From NCBI GenBank assembly GCA_001642005.1, contig LWCA01000181.1, positions 1 through 44,113 on the forward strand: a stretch of DNA of 44,113 nucleotides, read 5' to 3'. Under the pieces are notes generated by a model. The model searched no databases, was not told the origin of the DNA, and saw only the letters and a list, made by a program, of their open reading frames with translations. Positions 39,901 through 44,113 of this stretch are shown here, one piece after another. A program made the translations under genes and the position numbers. Source of the DNA: Intoshia linei. Its lineage: Eukaryota > Animalia > Orthonectida. Within the stretch, counting starts at the first letter, position 1. The number at the start of each line of letters is the position of its first letter.

Positions 39901-40190
39901 CCTTTTCTATCCATCTCTGATTATTGAAATATGAGACAAAATTATGCTTATTTTTTAACTCAAGCAAAATTTTAATCTCATTTCTTCATTCAAAAAATCT
40001 AATAATTATACAGAACTACAGAATACTTTAAAACTTATTTTTAGTATGCTATGAAGAACCAAATACAACATTCTTACTGAATTCTAATGAATATAGTGGT
40101 GATATAGATTGCTATACTGCTATGAGTCTGGGGTATTGTGATTGGAATGAGATTCAAGCTATTTGCTGTGAAACATGCAATATGTATTAG
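24907..40190 (+). CDS. Secreted M12B (reprolysin/ADAMTS-like) zinc metalloprotease with PLAC-like, Thr-rich mucin and two ShKT modules; 21 exons
   Basis: Exon starts: 24907, 24998, 25471, 25768, ~26639, 27111, 27225, 27349, 27636, 28154, 28770, 29002, 30231, 30504, 30657, 31752, 31976, 34555, 35233, 37847, 40045; TAG at 40188-40190. Signal peptide MYKLAISILFLLTEISA; YVELLFLLD; DPDHTMHFTKYNL; GYAPVSGIC; zinc motif HELGHN|LGSSHD split by the 28260-28769 intron; Met-turn IMHP; YKFSECS; ADAMTS-type LPGEIYDLDKQC..F...S..C and DGSWCGHNK|WCIQGECV. No in-frame stop seen; all junctions GT-AG. Confidence 0.92.
25957..26376 (-). mobile_element. Helitron-like copy 7 (3' part) in protease intron 4
   Basis: A|CTAGGTTTACTGTTATGTACTACGTAC terminus followed by family sequence. 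Confidence 0.7.
27830..28045 (-). mobile_element. Helitron-like 5' fragment in protease intron 9
   Basis: Near-identical to 14330-14537, ending TATATAAGTTAGGA|T. Confidence 0.7.
29235..30110 (-). mobile_element. Helitron-like copy in protease intron 12
   Basis: Family internal blocks and the 5' terminus TATATAAGTAAGG. Confidence 0.7.
31552..31722. mobile_element. hAT MITE (171 bp) with perfect 8-bp TSD
   Basis: GTATAAAT|CAGCGGTTCTCAA ... TTGAGAACCGCTG|GTATAAAT. Confidence 0.95.
32700..33241. mobile_element. hAT-like non-autonomous element
   Basis: CAGTGGTTCCCAAAC ... TTTAAAACCACTG; the TSD is not clean. Confidence 0.55.
33380..34249 (+). mobile_element. Degenerate Tc1 (DD34E) element
   Basis: IFSDESKFNL, LQQDND...LLSWPSQSPDMNPIENLW with 34 residues between D and E; ends CACTG-TA. 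Confidence 0.9.
34587..34736 (+). repeat. Coding minisatellite, 30 bp x5 (TTPTPTTTTT)
   Basis: Unit ACGACTCCTACTCCAACAACCACTACTACC within protease exon 18. Confidence 0.95.
35889..37716 (-). mobile_element. Helitron-like copy (longest) in protease intron 19
   Basis: A|CTAGCTTGACTATTATGTACTTTGTAC ... TATATAAGTAAAG; collinear with copy 1. Confidence 0.8.
36331..36503. mobile_element. piggyBac-type MITE nested in a Helitron copy
   Basis: TTAA|CCTTTTCACTGTCT ... AGACAGTGAAAGTG|TTAA; absent at the equivalent site of copy 1 (~2590). Confidence 0.85.
38001..38100. repeat. ~20-bp tandem repeat x5
   Basis: TATTTTAGTAGTAAATACTT and variants. Confidence 0.85.
38434..38492. repeat. 59-bp hairpin with 20-bp arms
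   Basis: TTATGTTTCGTTAGTAGATA / TATCTACTAGCGAAACATAA, one G-T mismatch. Confidence 0.8.
39251..39990 (-). mobile_element. hAT (Buster/Charlie, ZBED8-like) transposase C-terminal remnant
   Basis: KVAYLSDIFGLLN..LQG, then YP..S.[35 protein letters not shown].DDMRL (hAT dimerisation domain); frameshifted over three ORFs. Confidence 0.92.
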
Positions 40191-40627
40191 AAAATATATA
40201 TATATATATATATTTATATAAATTTATGAATTAAACAATTAATATACTATTTTTTTGTATTTTAAACAGAGTGAATCGTTAATAATTATCTTATATGTTT
40301 GTCGATAAACGGCTCCAATTTTTGTATGATATTGAGTAGAGTTCATTAAAACAACATATACGAATATAAAAAACACAAATTCTAATATATTTTTTCAACT
40401 ATAAAGTATTATCATCAATTTTATTGTCTGAAATATGCATCTTCACGGTCTAAACCCCAAATGCATTATTTTGTAAAATTTTCGAAAAATAATGGCTAAT
40501 ACTCTTTTTTAGTTTACATAAGCTGTGTATATTATCATTTTCAACTAACTATCAGACAATAACTAGCAAAATTATGGATTTTACTTCCTATTAGATCAAT
40601 AATCTTTGGTTAGTGAATTTGACAACC

Positions 40628-41078
40628 CTTATATAAAGTAAAATATATAGTAAAGCTAAAAATATGTCGGTTTGTCTATTTTTAAGCATGTATTTAAAAA
40701 ATAAGCGTCGTTGAATTTTAAATATGCGTAAATAGGCGTATGAAATTTTAGGACTTATTTCATTTTTAAAATAAAGGGTGATTTGCTGGTTTGCCATGAA
40801 GATGTATGTTTTTGAAGCTGGTATTTACTACAATGTTAAAGATTTTAAAACGCGTCCCAGATTTAAATTTTATTAAATTTTTGAATTGTATTTATTTTTA
40901 AAAAAAAGGACTAATTATGTTTTTGACCAGAAGTATTCAATTTCGGAAAATGAAACAGATATAGGAATCACTTGGGTAAAACTGTATCAGAAATATGGTT
41001 TTTTAAATTCTAAGGTTGTTAAATTTTTTAAATAATCGGTAACATATATAGTCATTAAATTTTATATAATTAAAAGAT
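40628..41078. mobile_element. Helitron-family derivative; a further fragment lies at 41510-41735
   Basis: 40770-41078 matches the family 5' part on the minus strand; 40628-40710 resembles a 5' end on the plus strand. Confidence 0.55.
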
Positions 41079-43975
41079 ACATATTACATTCATGAAATGA
41101 AACTAAAATTTGAATTTGAATTATTAAAGCCAAGCGATTTAAATATTTATTTTAAGAAAAAAAAGAAAATTTTATTTTAGAAATAAATCTCGCTGCGGAA
41201 AGTTATTTCTGCAAATTAAAAACAAAACATTATTAGAAAAATTAAAAGTCAAATTTCAAATTAAAAATTTGCTAAATTCTAAAAATTATGTTAAAGAGAC
41301 CTTTACTATATCATAAATTATTATAATGCTTAAATTAGATTAAAACTTTTTTGCTTATATTTAGTTATAATTATTTAAAGAGTGTGTAATAAATGTTTTA
41401 GGTGAGATAATAAAGTATTGTAAAAATTTGAGAATTCGTAATCTATAGAAAAAATTTTAACCTCGTCGTATTCTACGTATTCATGTCAAAGGATAATGTA
41501 TATGTTAATCATATTGATAATATATTAAAAATTATTTTTCACAGGAAATGCGTAGATTTATAGGGTTGAAATTTTGTATTTATATCAACTGGAATAAACT
41601 CTATCAGAATAATTTTTTTTTAATTGTATTGTATTCAAAAAACTGTATTTGAAATGTGAACTTTATAAAATTCTAAGACTGGTAGTTATTTCAATAAAGT
41701 GGAACACACACAAACAAATATTGTGTAGCATATTACACTAGACAACAAAATGGAAACTTTTTTCGACAAATTTTAGTCCTCCACAACAGCATAAGTTTAT
41801 TGACAATTTATTGTATACAGATAATCTGTAACAGATTATGTAATACAGAATATAGTCTTTGTTTTTTTAATACAATGTAATGTGTGGAACAAGATCTAAA
41901 TAACACTTTGAGAAAGAGTTTCACTGATACGTCTTATCAGGTAGGTATCACAAATGTGAATATCAAAGCTCAAATTAAAAATTTAAACTTATTCTTTTCC
42001 ACACACTTAAATATGATTATAATCGAAATTGTATGTTTAATCTTGGAAATGCGTGGGCATTACTAAATAAATAAAAAACCAAATAATGTGTAAATACAAA
42101 GTTTAAGTAAATTTATGTCAAAAACAATATAAACTCAACACAAGTTACAAACAATTTTGATTTAGTATGTCACATCCATAGAAAAATATAAACACTGCAT
42201 TATAATTTACAATTTGTAACCAAGGAATTTTATTAACTTCCATCATAATTCAAAAAATATCTTTCTGCAGTCATCAAAATTTGAATAAATCTAAAGGTAC
42301 ATTATAATGTGAAATTGGTATTTAATTTTGAATTTTTTTTGAGTTTACAAATTTATATTACAATTCTACAAACTTTTATTTTGTTGCATTATTCTTTTTC
42401 ATTTTAACGTTTTAGCATATTTTTTTTAAAATAAATTTCATATAATTTATAACGATATTACACTTGAGTTGATAATATGATAATCCGTATTAAAATTCTG
42501 CAACACGGTTCAAAACACGACTTGGCACAATGCAAGGTTGGCGTTCGAATCAAGTTGACTAGTTTTTATAGATCGGTACCACGAACTTTGTGTCGGATTA
42601 AATTTAGTTAAAATCTATTACAAAATTTTAAAGATTCTGTTTGCCGTGGTACAGAACTCTAGTACGAAAGATCTAATACACACTCTAAGTGTATTCTATT
42701 ATTTTCTGTTTTGAGCCACCAACTTTATTTTGATTTGTCATAAATTTGGTGATATATTAAGTATTAAAATTACCAAGGTATAAAAATAATTGTGGCGTTG
42801 GGTTATTTATTTATACACGTATTACATAAATACAAATGTTAATGTGTACTGTAAAATAAGAATTTCATGGATTAAAAATCTAGTTTACTTATTTGATAAA
42901 TATTATTTAGCTGGCTTACAAAATTAACTTACTTCAACCCATTATAAGGAAACATTTTCAACCTAATGACCTGAAATTTATTATTTATTTTTCAAATTTG
43001 TTTAATTACAATGCATTGTAAATCTTATAAATGGAGTGTATAAAGTTTTAACTTTAGTATGATTTAATTTCACCCATTTATAAGTGGGTTATACGTTTCT
43101 AAACTAAAATTAATTTTAAACCTAAATTTGAATATCAAATTTAAGGATCATGATAAAGTTTCCTTCTAGCTCCATATTTGTGATCATTTTTTTTGATTAG
43201 ATGTTTTATATATTTGTAGTATAGTTTGAATATATGAAAGTTATTTGGATTCTGTAGTGATATTAATTTAACGCAATATAACATTGTTTAATAGTGCGTA
43301 TCGTATCATCTTAAATGTTGAGAATTTCCAGACTAATCTGTTTAATGTATTGTTATGGTTACATTTACAAAATAAATTTATCTTTAATTTTAAGACCTAA
43401 TTACTATGAACATATCATAGATACTCAATAAAATTCACAAATATTGACTTTCATTTAGTGTTTATTTTGCAAATTTCGTTTTATATATTTTTTGAATTAT
43501 TCTAAAAGGTAGTTTTACAATTTATTACATTATTTTAATTTACCATTTTACATATTATTTATTCATATTAACCTTTTTCAATGTATTTTATCACTTGAAA
43601 ATTATTATAACTTTCAACTAATAAATTTTGTTACTATTTAGAATTTATATTTTTGCTTTTTAATGTAGGAAATGTTTTCACAGAAATGTATATTTACCAT
43701 TTTGAATTAGTTAAAAATTATCATTTTTAAATTTAATAAAATTTGTTAATGACCAATTAAAATTATAATTGATGAAATCTGGAAATATATTAGTATTATC
43801 TATGCCAGATTGATTGTTATCTATGTAATTTGCCACATTAGCTGTTTTCACGTTGTAATTAACATTGTTAGATTAGTGGAATGTTAATTTTTTTACATAA
43901 TATTAGATTTTTATTTTTTAAATTTTAAAATTCCACTTTGAAAGGGTTAATATTTAATTTAATTGTAAATTTTAG

Positions 43976-44113
<138 letters not shown>

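Overview
Very AT-rich eukaryotic (metazoan-like) genomic DNA with GT-AG introns. Many introns are only ~30-60 nt; others are swollen by transposons. The supplied ORF track is therefore mostly misleading: real genes are spliced and several ORFs are antisense shadows of exons. Genes assembled by hand: (1) the 3' half of an SLC37-family MFS transporter (+, 14776-15752); (2) dCMP deaminase (-, 18071-19231); (3) a decayed partial duplicate of a metalloprotease (+, 20154-23785); (4) a 21-exon secreted M12B/ADAMTS-like metalloprotease (+, 24907-40190) whose tail has PLAC-like, Thr-rich mucin, two ShKT and a second PLAC-like module, with no recognisable TSP1 or spacer domain; (5) the start of a ubiquitin gene (+, 43979-end); and (6) a candidate small secreted orphan protein (+, from 5841). 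The rest is dense with DNA transposons: mariner, Chapaev-like, two Tc1, hAT/Buster fragments, several MITEs, and a non-autonomous Helitron-like family with more than 10 copies or fragments. No prokaryotic features, CRISPR arrays, tRNA or rRNA genes were recognised. The most novel item I can support is the protease architecture, built from symmetric phase 1-1 exons. All translations were done by eye and need computational confirmation.
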